A stretch of 64,000 nucleotides of DNA from Nitrosopumilus sp. (GTDB taxonomy: Archaea > Thermoproteota > Nitrososphaeria > Nitrososphaerales > Nitrosopumilaceae): NCBI GenBank assembly GCA_965223425.1, contig OZ245003.1, positions 1,504,001 to 1,568,000 on the forward strand, read 5' to 3'. How positions within the stretch are numbered: position 1 is the first letter of the stretch; each line of letters starts with the position of its first letter. The notes under the pieces were generated by a model. The model was not told the DNA's origin, searched no databases, and saw nothing but the letters and a program-made list of their open reading frames with translations. Made by a program: the position numbers and the translations under genes. Positions 19,276 through 29,049 of this stretch are shown here, in pieces.

Positions 19276-22200
19276 TTACTTTGTAGTTTTAGAACTCAAT
19301 ATTGCAATCAATGCACTCATATCTTTATCTTTGAATCCTTTCTTTTTGATCATTTTAATTATATCTTGAACAATTATTTGCATCTCTTCTTTTTGTTTAG
19401 GTCTTAATGATACGACGTTGTGATGCTCACGGCCATCCGCATGTGTCACTGTCACCTGATATGATGGTTTTACAAAATTATCAGATATATCAGAAAAGTG
19501 TATGGATGCAAGTCTCTTGAATTTTCTAGACATTTCAATTAGATTGTTCTTAAACATTTTACGGTCATCATCCTTCCAAGACATCATTGGTACATCAGTT
19601 AGACTTAGGGCAACATAGTTTATCCAGTCCTCGTCTTTTTCTAACACATCTGATGACAGTGCTGTAAGAAATACTTTCATTTTTTGATCAGATACGCTTT
19701 GTAGCATAACTGATGCAGTCTTTGATAACTTGTTCCTCTCATCAATTCCGGTGCTAACCAAAAGTAGTTCTTTGATATCCTCAATGGTACGAAGGAATTT
19801 GTTTTGGAGTCTTGTTTTTGATTTGACAAGGGTTTTTGAGAATTTTTCAATATCAGATACAGATGCATGAGCCAGATCAAACTTTAATGCCTTTGGAAGT
19901 GATTCAAACAACAAGGTATCCGGTTCTATTGCATTTTGGACAGCATCCCTGACTGCAAGTGAATCTTTGTCTAAATCCTTTGTTTGTTTCACATATGGTG
20001 AAAGTGCAGAAACAATTCTGACAAGATGTGATACGACATCCAAGACACTGCCTTTGGAATTTATTTCAAAGTCAGATATTACTGTCTTTAGCAGTCTCTT
20101 TTTGGATGGTGTACTCTTGAAATATTTTACCTCAAAATGATCCGGATTCTTTATCATTCTCTCTGCAATCTCCGTCATCATATATGGAACGTATGTGCCG
20201 TGTTCGTATAACGCAATGTTGTGTTTGTGTATCAAGAGAATCGCAACCATGAATATTGCTAAAACCCCATCTTTGACTCCAAATGGGGGAAGTCTACATA
20301 CACGATATATTGCAGATATCGGGACTCGTTTGTTGGATTTTGTAATTTCATCTATCATTGCACTCCATGCTGGCTTGATTTCAGGATTTTTTGGTTCCTG
20401 CAATTCCCAATCATTACCGATGGTACCTACATGAATTCCATACTGAATGAATATTGCATCATAGACTGCTCTGTCAGGTCCGTAACCTTCTAGACCAAAA
20501 TTGGGTTTGTCTGTATGGTTTATCATATACTCTAATAATTTTCTTTTTGCAGCAGATCCTTGTGATGATAAGACTGTTCTGTTTATCATCTCGTTGTGTA
20601 TCGGAGGCGTCTTATCGTATACATCATCACAGATTTTAGAGACAATTGCACTAGGAGTACCTGATTGTTTTGCGGGCCTGTCTTTAAGATAAGACCATTC
20701 TGCCTTACTGCCATATGTAGTGCCAAACTCTCTATCTAGAATTATCTCCGCATCTGCTAATCGCTCTTCTAGCTCTCTGCGTGCTACCCAGTCAGATATA
20801 ACATCCTCACTGTTATTCAAAATGTCACGAATTGCCATTACCTCGATTGCAGCATGTTTTAGATCCGACGTATCCCCAGCAGTTACTGTAACGACTGGCT
20901 TGTCGCACTTGAACTGTACAGAATTTCCAGTATTGTGTATTATTATTCCATCATAGCTATCATCCAGATTTATCTGCGGTGTGATTGTAAAGCTTCTCTC
21001 AAATAGCCTCATGGTGCCAGTCTTTATACTGTGTTTTGCTGCCACAACTGGTTCTAAACTTATTACCTCTTGTAGCATGTCTGCTAGATGCGATTTTGCA
21101 TATCTCTTGCGATACATGATAAGCTTTGCTGCAATGTCAATGTCCGTGCCATGCCATATCCTGTATTCATCTGCATATTTTCTGTATGTGATGATTGATT
21201 TTTTCTCCAATTTATGGAGTATCTGTGCTGCAGAATATCCGATTGCGTAGTTTAGGATCTTGCGTGATGCTCTAAGATAGCCTGATCTTCCAATCAGATT
21301 TAGTATTCCAATTGTCTTAAGCGTCTTTATCTCCAAGCTGCTCAATCCGTGGGAATCTCGAATTATGGTTTCAATCTCCATCAGTCTAGTTATGTTCTGA
21401 GAGCTAGAATGAATCATACTAGTACCAGAGATAAAATGATCATACAATACATCGATTCCCATTGTGGGCGGAGATTGCGTATTCCACGAATTATTATCAA
21501 TAAATGTAGCAACCGTATGTTTGCTTGCATCTGAGATAAATGACAAGAGCGTCCTCTCATGCTGTCCGTACCTAGAGCAGAGCTCCGGCAGGACTTCAAG
21601 TGCAAGCGACCCTAATGGATAGCATGATGCAATTAGATTAGAATCAGAACTGCTATCGATGCCAAGATCCTGCATCTGCCGTGCTTCTTTTTTTGCCCAT
21701 TTTTTGACATCTCTACCGTATTCCTCCAAGTTTAGATGCATGGTATTTGATATCAGTAGTCTAGCCTGATCCGGCGAGTTTGCAAATGGAATATCCTCAA
21801 AGCGTCCCTGGATCTTTGCCCATTCCTTCTTTTGTGTAATTGATGCCCCCACCGCATATTCTTCAAAGGCCATGTGCTGTAGTGTGATGATGAATAACGG
21901 AATCTTTCTGCCCGGACCCGACATCTCTGCAAGCGCTTGCAGTAAAAATAGATCACTTTGTTGTGTCTCATCTGTTGTAAAATATTCAATGTTTTTGCCA
22001 AATTCATCAATCATGATTACCATCGGGGCAGATTTACACATATCCACTATGATCTCTGTTATTATTTTTGTAGATGGGGTCTTGTTATTTTGTAAATCCT
22101 TTATCTTTTGATGCAAAATGTTTGCCTGAGAAAAGTCCTTCTTTGAATATCTTCCAAAATATTTCCTTGCACCTTCATCGAGCGCACGAAGTATGGTTGC

Positions 22201-22620
22201 AGTTATTGGTTCACGACCTGCAGTTATTGCACATCTAATCAGACCTTTGTTGTGGGTATTTGATTTTTCTCTTGCTTGTACAAAAATATCTGCAACCGTG
22301 TATGATTCTTTTTTTAATATGGAATATGTTGCTTTCCATTCGGTATCATTTTTGCTACAAAACAAACTGTTTAGAAATATTGCCATCGTTGATTTGCCAG
22401 AACCGTATGGTCCTGTAATGGATAACATCCTACCACTTTTAGCACCTCTAAGACCAGCTGAAAAACGCTCAATGATCTCTAACGTACTTGCACTAGGAAG
22501 ATAGTTCTTTAGTGTTGTAATGTCATCATTTTCTATATTTGTAGATACATATGACTTTGGTGGAATTGAGACAATACGAGATAATGGAATTGGTTTTCTG
22601 TTTTGTAAAGATGACTTCAA
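19276..22620 (-). CDS. sspC: Large P-loop ATPase, SspC/BrxC-like
   Basis: GPYGSGKST Walker A, MIDEFGK Walker B, YGQHERTL; ATGA overlap with the DUF4007 gene. Confidence 0.8.
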   Translation of the reverse strand: MKSSLQNRKPIPLSRIVSIPPKSYVSTNIENDDITTLKNYLPSASTLEIIERFSAGLRGAKSGRMLSITGPYGSGKSTMAIFLNSLFCSKNDTEWKATYSILKKESYTVADIFVQAREKSNTHNKGLIRCAITAGREPITATILRALDEGARKYFGRYSKKDFSQANILHQKIKDLQNNKTPSTKIITEIIVDMCKSAPMVIMIDEFGKNIEYFTTDETQQSDLFLLQALAEMSGPGRKIPLFIITLQHMAFEEYAVGASITQKKEWAKIQGRFEDIPFANSPDQARLLISNTMHLNLEEYGRDVKKWAKKEARQMQDLGIDSSSDSNLIASCYPLGSLALEVLPELCSRYGQHERTLLSFISDASKHTVATFIDNNSWNTQSPPTMGIDVLYDHFISGTSMIHSSSQNITRLMEIETIIRDSHGLSSLEIKTLKTIGILNLIGRSGYLRASRKILNYAIGYSAAQILHKLEKKSIITYRKYADEYRIWHGTDIDIAAKLIMYRKRYAKSHLADMLQEVISLEPVVAAKHSIKTGTMRLFERSFTITPQINLDDSYDGIIIHNTGNSVQFKCDKPVVTVTAGDTSDLKHAAIEVMAIRDILNNSEDVISDWVARRELEERLADAEIILDREFGTTYGSKAEWSYLKDRPAKQSGTPSAIVSKICDDVYDKTPPIHNEMINRTVLSSQGSAAKRKLLEYMINHTDKPNFGLEGYGPDRAVYDAIFIQYGIHVGTIGNDWELQEPKNPEIKPAWSAMIDEITKSNKRVPISAIYRVCRLPPFGVKDGVLAIFMVAILLIHKHNIALYEHGTYVPYMMTEIAERMIKNPDHFEVKYFKSTPSKKRLLKTVISDFEINSKGSVLDVVSHLVRIVSALSPYVKQTKDLDKDSLAVRDAVQNAIEPDTLLFESLPKALKFDLAHASVSDIEKFSKTLVKSKTRLQNKFLRTIEDIKELLLVSTGIDERNKLSKTASVMLQSVSDQKMKVFLTALSSDVLEKDEDWINYVALSLTDVPMMSWKDDDRKMFKNNLIEMSRKFKRLASIHFSDISDNFVKPSYQVTVTHADGREHHNVVSLRPKQKEEMQIIVQDIIKMIKKKGFKDKDMSALIAILSSKTTK

Positions 22621-23567
22621 TGTGTTAATGCCTCTACTTTTTGTTTTAATTTTCTTACAGGTTTTTTGTATATCAGGGAGAGTATTTCCATGGATGTATC
22701 TTGAGCCGAATCAAACATCAGGTGCTGCGTGCCGTTGACATTATCAATCTTTATCAAATTACAGTGATCAGATGCCTCTCTTAGCATCTCTGCAATATCG
22801 TTTTCGCCTATCTTGAAGATATTGCCAACGCTGCCGGGCTCTGTTGCCAGCCTGCTTACTGATACACTTTTTGATGTTATTTTGGCCTTGTCAATAAAGT
22901 CTAGGCACGCAAATGCGACCATTAGTGGTGAGAGCCCGTATTTTTTGCCAAATACAAACCGCATCATGTCCTTGGAGATCTGCTTTACCATGTGAAGCTG
23001 TCTGAACGGACAATCTAGATAATCCTCCATTGACATCTTGGCCTGTTTGGTGGTGTATGTGTGTATGAATACATCAATATCTTTTTTGATGGATTTTGGG
23101 CTAGGTGTCTTCCATTCAGATATGTTTGTAATGCGTGATATGACAGACTCTGTAACGTCATCAATCTTGATGTTTGTTGCTGCAAACTCGTTCATAACTA
23201 TCCACCATACTGGAATGCTACATGGTGGGGCAAAAAGCAGCCAGTGCAAGAGCCACAGTGTATCAGGCTTTTCAAGATATGGATCAAGACCTTTGTTGCT
23301 AAATATGGCATGTCCCATATCTGTTGGTATCATCGTCATGTTTTTGCCAGTACCACTTGCAGTAATTATCTTGTTTGCCATTGCCCAGAATCTTATTGCA
23401 CGAACCATATTCTTGCCAACCCCTAGCTTGATTGTAGCATTATCATGCAAAAAGATGCGACCATCTACGTTTATCTGATTGTATGCCTTTTTGAGCCAAC
23501 CATATCTGAGATGAAATGTTTCATGATGTGAAAATATTGGCGTTGTTACGGCATCAGTAATTAACAT
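22617..23567 (-). CDS. sspB: DUF4007 protein, SspB-like
   Basis: FSHHETFHLRYGWLKK, LGVGKNMVRAIRFW, DPYLE...WLLHW. Confidence 0.85.
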   Translation of the reverse strand: MLITDAVTTPIFSHHETFHLRYGWLKKAYNQINVDGRIFLHDNATIKLGVGKNMVRAIRFWAMANKIITASGTGKNMTMIPTDMGHAIFSNKGLDPYLEKPDTLWLLHWLLFAPPCSIPVWWIVMNEFAATNIKIDDVTESVISRITNISEWKTPSPKSIKKDIDVFIHTYTTKQAKMSMEDYLDCPFRQLHMVKQISKDMMRFVFGKKYGLSPLMVAFACLDFIDKAKITSKSVSVSRLATEPGSVGNIFKIGENDIAEMLREASDHCNLIKIDNVNGTQHLMFDSAQDTSMEILSLIYKKPVRKLKQKVEALTH

Positions 23568-24733
23568 TATCTTGCACTCTCTTTAATTTCAGATTCTTTA
23601 CCTCTTACATACTGTACAGCTTTGGTAATTACATCTATCGCAATATTCATATCGTTTTGTGTTGTTTGACGGCCAATCGATATGCGAATGCATTCATTTG
23701 CCTCATCTGTATTCAATCCCATTGCAATCAACACATGCGATGGTTCCATTGTAGCAGACGAACAAGCACTTCCTGTTGAAATTTCTATTTTCGGCGCATT
23801 TGCAATTACAGCATCTGCAAGAGCGCCTTTTATTCTAATGTTTGATGTGTTTGGCAAACGATTTGCATTTTTGCCGTTGATTGTTACATCTGGAATATTT
23901 TTGGTAATATTTTCTTCAAAGTAATCTCTGAGATTTTGTTGCAGTACCGCATCATCTTCTTGTTTGTTTATTGCGATATCGCAGGCTTTACCAAATCCCA
24001 CTATTCCCGGAACGTTTAGTGTTCCACTGCGCATGTTGTTTTCTTGCCCGCCACCATAAAGAATTCCCCGCATCTGTTTTCGGGCATCTCTTGTGGCAAC
24101 AAGTGCACCGCATCCCTTTGGACCATAAATTTTATGGCTACTAAACGTCATAAAATCAATATCAAGTTCTCCCGCATCAAAAGGAATTTTTCCAATGGCT
24201 TGTGTGGCATCACAGTGAATTAGTGCATTATGCGCATGTACTTTTTGCACGATTTCTTTAATTGGATGAATTACACCAGTTTCACTGTTTGCTGCCATAA
24301 CTGATACAATATCTGTATGTCCGTTAAGCAATTCCTTGTCTAATTCATAAAGATCAAGTGTGCCATCACGGTTGACCGGAATCTTTTTGACTACTGCACC
24401 CTGTTCTGACATAAATCTGCACGGCTCTAAGACAGATTTGTGTTCTGTGGCCCCAATTATAGTGCATAATGGTTTTTTCTGATTGAGGGATAACCCATAA
24501 AAGACCATGTTGTTTGCCTCAGTAGCTCCGGATGTAAATATGACATCTGCTGGTTTCATGCCGACAATGTTTGAGACACGATAGCGTGCCTCTGCTACTA
24601 GCTCTGATGCAATTCGTCCTGTTTCATGATTCCCACTTGACGGGTTTCCAAAATTTTTATCAAATACAGGAGTCATTGATTCGATGACACGCCGATCTGT
24701 TGGGGTAGTGGCATTATAATCTAGATAAGGCAT
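23567..24733 (-). CDS. sspA: Cysteine desulfurase, SspA/DndA/IscS-like
   Basis: YLDYNATTP, SSHKIYGPKG (PLP Lys), STGSACSS (catalytic Cys); TAATG overlap with sspB. Confidence 0.9.
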   Translation of the reverse strand: MPYLDYNATTPTDRRVIESMTPVFDKNFGNPSSGNHETGRIASELVAEARYRVSNIVGMKPADVIFTSGATEANNMVFYGLSLNQKKPLCTIIGATEHKSVLEPCRFMSEQGAVVKKIPVNRDGTLDLYELDKELLNGHTDIVSVMAANSETGVIHPIKEIVQKVHAHNALIHCDATQAIGKIPFDAGELDIDFMTFSSHKIYGPKGCGALVATRDARKQMRGILYGGGQENNMRSGTLNVPGIVGFGKACDIAINKQEDDAVLQQNLRDYFEENITKNIPDVTINGKNANRLPNTSNIRIKGALADAVIANAPKIEISTGSACSSATMEPSHVLIAMGLNTDEANECIRISIGRQTTQNDMNIAIDVITKAVQYVRGKESEIKESAR

Positions 24734-24736
24734 CCG

Positions 24737-24750
24737 TTATCAATTGATAA
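24737..24750. promoter_or_regulatory. Perfect 14-bp palindrome just upstream of sspA (candidate operator)
   Basis: TTATCAATTGATAA, 3 bp from the ATG. Confidence 0.45.
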
Positions 24751-25189
24751 TTGCCGATATTTTACACTTCGGTTAGATTAGAATTATACGGATAATCAAC
24801 CCTAGATCAAAGATCCTCTTGTTGTAATGTGGCAAAGATTTAAGGTTCGAACTTGTACCCTCAGTACGGGCAGATCTGATCGCATTCTGTCCACACTTTA
24901 TGCCACATCCTTATATCATGTTGCAGTGCAAGTACCAACAGAACATAATGGTAGGTCACAGAAAAATGTGGTCTGCTAACTGTATGACATTAATCCCTGC
25001 TAGTTCACATTTTAACGGTCTAATGAGGTTTCTAGTCTGTTTCATAACTCTTCCCCCACGGGTGTCTGATCCCACAGTATAACTTGGCAGTAATCAAGAC
25101 TGACTACGGTTTTACATGAACTTTTAGTCACACGCCTAAACTAGATACACATTTGAAAAATGGTTTTAGTTTTATGTCAAAAATTAATT

Positions 25190-25603
25190 TTAAGACAAAG
25201 ACTCAGAGACATCAGATTCAATAATATTTTTCATGGAAACAATCATTTCTCCGATTTCAGATATCCTTTGATCAAATTGATCATCGGTTAGTTCATCAGG
25301 CTTGTTCAAAGTGATTACAACTTCAGAAAAATCACCACTAGTTACTACACGCATAGGAACGTTCCAAGAAGATTCTTCGTCAACATACTGGTGATCTAAG
25401 ATTCCAAGATTTTTGTTTTCGTTAAATTTGAGGCGTGATTTACCGTGAGGACCAGTAAAAGACCACCAGCCATCGTCACCTTGTTTTGCATCAGGCATCA
25501 TTTTGGGAGGAACCTGTAAAATTGCATCAAATGCATCACCTGTTTTCTTTTTTACAACAATGGAAATGGTTCTAGATCTAGTCACAATAAAAAGATCAAA
25601 CAA
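25190..25603 (-). CDS. Hypothetical protein, possibly SRPBCC-like
   Basis: LGILDH..W.VPMRVV pattern; true start is probably the GTG at MTRSR. Confidence 0.6.
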   Translation of the reverse strand: MFDLFIVTRSRTISIVVKKKTGDAFDAILQVPPKMMPDAKQGDDGWWSFTGPHGKSRLKFNENKNLGILDHQYVDEESSWNVPMRVVTSGDFSEVVITLNKPDELTDDQFDQRISEIGEMIVSMKNIIESDVSESLS

Positions 25604-25632
25604 TGATTAAAAAAGATATAGTAGCAATCATC

Positions 25633-27158
25633 GTATGAATTCACCTACCCTGCCTAATCAAAAAATTTGATCATCTGATCCATATATTGCCTGTTTGCTA
25701 CCATTTTCATGGGGTCAAGGCCGACAAACAGGGAACTTGAAGAGACCCTGCGTTCTGCTACAGACAGGATAGCAACACTCCAGTCAAAATTTAATGTACT
25801 GCTAGATAAAAACAAACAACAAGAAAGGGCCATCGAGTATTACCAGCGCATGTTATCATACTATCAAAATCCCAACACCCCGCCGTCTGCTGACTCGCTT
25901 GAATGGAAGAGGCAAAAGAGGGAGCGTGCACAGCAAAGAAAAGACGGGGAGGGCAACGACAACAACAACGGCAAGCCCGGCGGCAGGACAGGGCACGCCG
26001 GAGTATCGCGGCATCACAGCCCACAGAGAAGACAGCGGCACGACTTTGAGCGCAGACAATCAGGCAGAAGCACCAAAAGAATCCTTCCAAGATGCAGGTG
26101 CGGCAAGGCCATGGTTTTGGGCGACCCCCGCGTACGGGACATCATCGAGATGGAGGTCACCGCACACGAGACCCGCCACCGCATAGAGACTGCAGTCTGC
26201 ACGTCGTGCGGCCATACAGAGGAGGCGCCAAACGGCGACCTGCCAAGACTCGGATCGTACGGCAAGAAGATGGCAGGGTTTGTCTCTGAGCTGCGCGCCG
26301 CCCGCGTCCCGCTCAAGGTCATACCGCGCATCATACACTCTGTTGCCAGAGTCAGCATGTCTGCCTCCACTGCAAACAGCATCATGGCACGCACCGCAGA
26401 CGCGCTGGAAGGCCAGGCATCTGAGATAGCAAAGAACGTGGCCAAATCAGAAAGCGCCGGGTTTGATGAGACCATGCATCGCGACTGCGGCACCAAAAAG
26501 CAGACGAACGTGGCCCAGTCCGGGAAAAACATCTCGATACAGATCAGCCCAAGCAGGGCCACCCTGATGCTTGATTCGATGGACTATGACGGCATAGCGG
26601 TAACTGACGCATACAGGGGGTACGACAGGTTCAATGCAGAGGACAGACACCAGCTGTGCTGGTCGCACGACATACGCAAGGCAAAAACCCTGGCAGAAAA
26701 ATACGATCCCCTCTTGGATGACGGCAGGCGGAAAAAACGGCGGCAGTACCTCGAGGACCTGCGGTTTGTGTTCAAGGAGGCAAAACACGTCGCACGGCTG
26801 GGGGCGCACTCGCGGAGGCAGCGGCACGTCATGGAGGACACCCTGGCAGACGTTCTTGACCGGTACTGCGGCACGGATGATGCAGACCTGCACAAGCTTG
26901 TCATGATGATGTACCGGCACCTTCCGCACCTGTTTACGTTTGTCCAGTACGCCGGGGTGGAGCCGACTAACAACGCATCAGAGAGGGCGCTGCGCTATAT
27001 GGTGGTGTTCCGGAAGATAAGCGGGCAGACCAAGGGCGGCAGCAAGTCCATGAAGCGCCTAGGAGATTTTGTAAGCTGCGTCCTGACGTGGCAGAATCAC
27101 GGCAAGAGCGTGGCGCAAGAGGTTGCCAGACTGATATAAGGGGCAGGTGAACTCATAC
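25633..27158 (+). mobile_element. IS66-family element, copy 2 (intact, single ORF, 1526 bp)
   Basis: TIRs at both ends; 8-bp TSD CAATCATC at 25625-25632 and 27159-27166. Confidence 0.95.
25709..27139 (+). CDS. IS66 transposase
   Basis: Coiled coil, zinc finger, FDET, TDAY, QLCWSH, TNNASERALR. Confidence 0.93.
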   Translation: MGSRPTNRELEETLRSATDRIATLQSKFNVLLDKNKQQERAIEYYQRMLSYYQNPNTPPSADSLEWKRQKRERAQQRKDGEGNDNNNGKPGGRTGHAGVSRHHSPQRRQRHDFERRQSGRSTKRILPRCRCGKAMVLGDPRVRDIIEMEVTAHETRHRIETAVCTSCGHTEEAPNGDLPRLGSYGKKMAGFVSELRAARVPLKVIPRIIHSVARVSMSASTANSIMARTADALEGQASEIAKNVAKSESAGFDETMHRDCGTKKQTNVAQSGKNISIQISPSRATLMLDSMDYDGIAVTDAYRGYDRFNAEDRHQLCWSHDIRKAKTLAEKYDPLLDDGRRKKRRQYLEDLRFVFKEAKHVARLGAHSRRQRHVMEDTLADVLDRYCGTDDADLHKLVMMMYRHLPHLFTFVQYAGVEPTNNASERALRYMVVFRKISGQTKGGSKSMKRLGDFVSCVLTWQNHGKSVAQEVARLI

Positions 27159-27189
27159 CAATCATCAATCATCGGAACTCGCTTTGAGT

Positions 27190-27366
27190 CTATTTGTTAA
27201 GGAACTCTTTGACTTTCTTGAGATTAGCGACATTTGATTCGTGAAACATAACCATGGATTCAGCTAAAGAGTTTGGCAAGACGGTTTTTAAATTGGCAAC
27301 TAGTTCATCGCCACTAGTTATCATATTATCAATAAGTTTTTCAATCTCATTTTTCTCATCATCCAT
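27190..27366 (-). CDS. Small hypothetical protein (58 aa, not in ORF track)
   Basis: MDDEKNEIEKLIDNM...KEFLNK; ATG to TAG. Confidence 0.6.
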   Translation of the reverse strand: MDDEKNEIEKLIDNMITSGDELVANLKTVLPNSLAESMVMFHESNVANLKKVKEFLNK

Positions 27367-27388
27367 TATAATGGAATAAGAGATAATC

Positions 27389-27622
27389 TTAATTATCTTT
27401 TTTTATTAGAGTGGCAGTAGAGCGCACTTTGTCTAATGTTTGAATATTCCAAGAAACAATTTCTCGTATCTTTTCAAAATTTTCTGCCTGTAATTTTACT
27501 AACATGTCATGAGTCCCAATTGTCTCAAAAACATCAGTTACTTGTTCAATCTCCCTTAATTTTTCAACGATACCTTCTTCGGCGCCCAATTCACAATTTA
27601 ACATTACATAAGCATCAGTCAT
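27389..27622 (-). CDS. Lrp/AsnC ligand-binding domain protein
   Basis: AYVMLNCELG...GTHDMLVK pattern. Confidence 0.85.
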   Translation of the reverse strand: MTDAYVMLNCELGAEEGIVEKLREIEQVTDVFETIGTHDMLVKLQAENFEKIREIVSWNIQTLDKVRSTATLIKKDN

Positions 27623-27674
27623 GAATTAAACAACGAATCGTGATTATTTAAATCTGGAGAACTTTAGGTGTAGC

Positions 27675-28322
27675 TTACCAAGTTACATGAACTAAATCTT
27701 TTAAATTTCTTCGTGGTTTTGGGAATTTGGTTTGTTTTGGATATCCAATGCACAGTACAGAAGACGGGACCAAATCAGTTCCAACAACATCCATTACTTT
27801 TTGTTCATCGAACATGCCAATCCAAATTGAGCTTAATCCTAATGCCTGAGATGCAAGCTGAGAATATCCTGCAGCTAAAGTTGCATCCTGAATGGCAAAT
27901 TTTTTGAGAACATAGTCAGGAAAATCAAATTTAACCCTAGAAGGGTTTTTACAGAAAACCAGGACAACAGGAGCATTAACATAAGGCTGATTATTGCATG
28001 CCTCAACTAGAAGCTTTTTCTTTTCTGGACTTTTTACATAAAAAATTTCGAATCCCTGATAGTTTCCAGCAGTCGGTGCAGTATCAGCTGCTGCAATAAT
28101 TTTATCAATCTTTGTTGTTTCAACTGGCTTGTCTGAAAATTTTCTAGTAGAGCGTCTCTTTGCCATCACAGCAAACAAGTCAGTATCAATGATTTCAGTT
28201 GGTCCTGATTTTAAGATAAAATCAAGTAATTGGTTTCGCAGGTTTGGATCAGCTGATTTGGGAGTTTCTTGAGGTTCATAACCCCGGGGATAGATTCTTT
28301 CTGCAGTATCTTCTGGAGCCAT
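27675..28322 (-). CDS. Nitroreductase family protein
   Basis: RRSTRKF, APTAGN, LGLSSIWIG. Confidence 0.9.
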   Translation of the reverse strand: MAPEDTAERIYPRGYEPQETPKSADPNLRNQLLDFILKSGPTEIIDTDLFAVMAKRRSTRKFSDKPVETTKIDKIIAAADTAPTAGNYQGFEIFYVKSPEKKKLLVEACNNQPYVNAPVVLVFCKNPSRVKFDFPDYVLKKFAIQDATLAAGYSQLASQALGLSSIWIGMFDEQKVMDVVGTDLVPSSVLCIGYPKQTKFPKPRRNLKDLVHVTW

Positions 28323-28366
28323 AAAAGAATTACAAGAAATATCCTATTAAATAATTGCAAATAAAT

Positions 28367-28552
28367 TCATTCAGATTCAAAATTATCACAGCCAGAAGTA
28401 CATGGCTTGTTCATAACTCCCTCACATTTTCCCAATTCATCGTGCATAATTCTATGATGACTGCAAATCTTGCATTTTTCTCTAAAATGAGCAATTAGTT
28501 CAGCAGTGGAGATTCCTGAATCTTGAATTTTTGATTCAACTTCCTGTGTCAC
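28367..28552 (-). CDS. Small Cys/His-containing hypothetical protein
   Basis: CKICSH...H...C...C...C. Confidence 0.55.
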   Translation of the reverse strand: MTQEVESKIQDSGISTAELIAHFREKCKICSHHRIMHDELGKCEGVMNKPCTSGCDNFESE

Positions 28553-28587
28553 AATAATTTGAGATTTGGCGTCATAAATGAATGAAG

Positions 28588-28669
28588 CGCCGGGAGAGAG
28601 ATTCGAACTCCCGCACGCTTGCGCGTAGCCGTTTTCGAGACGGCCGCCTTACCACTTGGCTATCCCGGC
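28588..28669 (-). tRNA. tRNA-Ser(CGA)
   Basis: GCCGGGA acceptor stem, anticodon loop CT-CGA-AA, long variable arm, GTTCGAATC T-loop. Confidence 0.95.
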
Positions 28670-28703
28670 AACTTTTCTTAGATTTTCCCCATAATAAAGC
28701 AAA

Positions 28704-28997
28704 TCAGAATAATCTAGATGTTTTATCGACATCAAATAGTTCATCACTGAATTTCTTTTTGATTTGTTCTTTGGTTTTATTCCATTCATCTTCATTTACT
28801 GTACCTGTAAAGATGGGATGAAACACATCAGAAGAAGTGATGTTCAAGATGGGGCAGATCTCCTGTTTTTCTGACTCTGATAGAGGAAAGTAAGAAACAA
28901 TCTTTGAAATCGTTTCATCTGGTTCAAATCGTACTTCAAAAATTTTGTCTTCTAAACGGAAAGGCAGTTTTAGTTTTGCCATACCAACAGGAAACAT
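28704..28997 (-). CDS. Hypothetical protein
   Basis: 97-aa ORF in host-like sequence. Confidence 0.55.
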   Translation of the reverse strand: MFPVGMAKLKLPFRLEDKIFEVRFEPDETISKIVSYFPLSESEKQEICPILNITSSDVFHPIFTGTVNEDEWNKTKEQIKKKFSDELFDVDKTSRLF

Positions 28998-29049
28998 CGA
29001 TCAGGTATAAAGAACAAACACAAAAAAGCACAAAATTACAACAAATTCC

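Noticed and set aside
17245-24733. BREX type 4 or Dnd system
   Set aside because: No PglZ, BrxL, DndD or DndE recognisable; separate DUF4007 and PAPS reductase plus a desulfurase fit Ssp better
8081-27158. Composite transposon carrying the whole island
   Set aside because: Copy 2 has its own TSD on both sides and the outer flanks (TCTGTTTT versus CAATCATC) do not match, so the copies inserted independently
28588-28669. tRNA-Ser as the island's integration site
   Set aside because: No integrase and no duplicated tRNA 3' end seen; core genes lie between it and the island
28582-28821. 79-aa ORF
   Set aside because: Antisense to tRNA-Ser and the neighbouring gene
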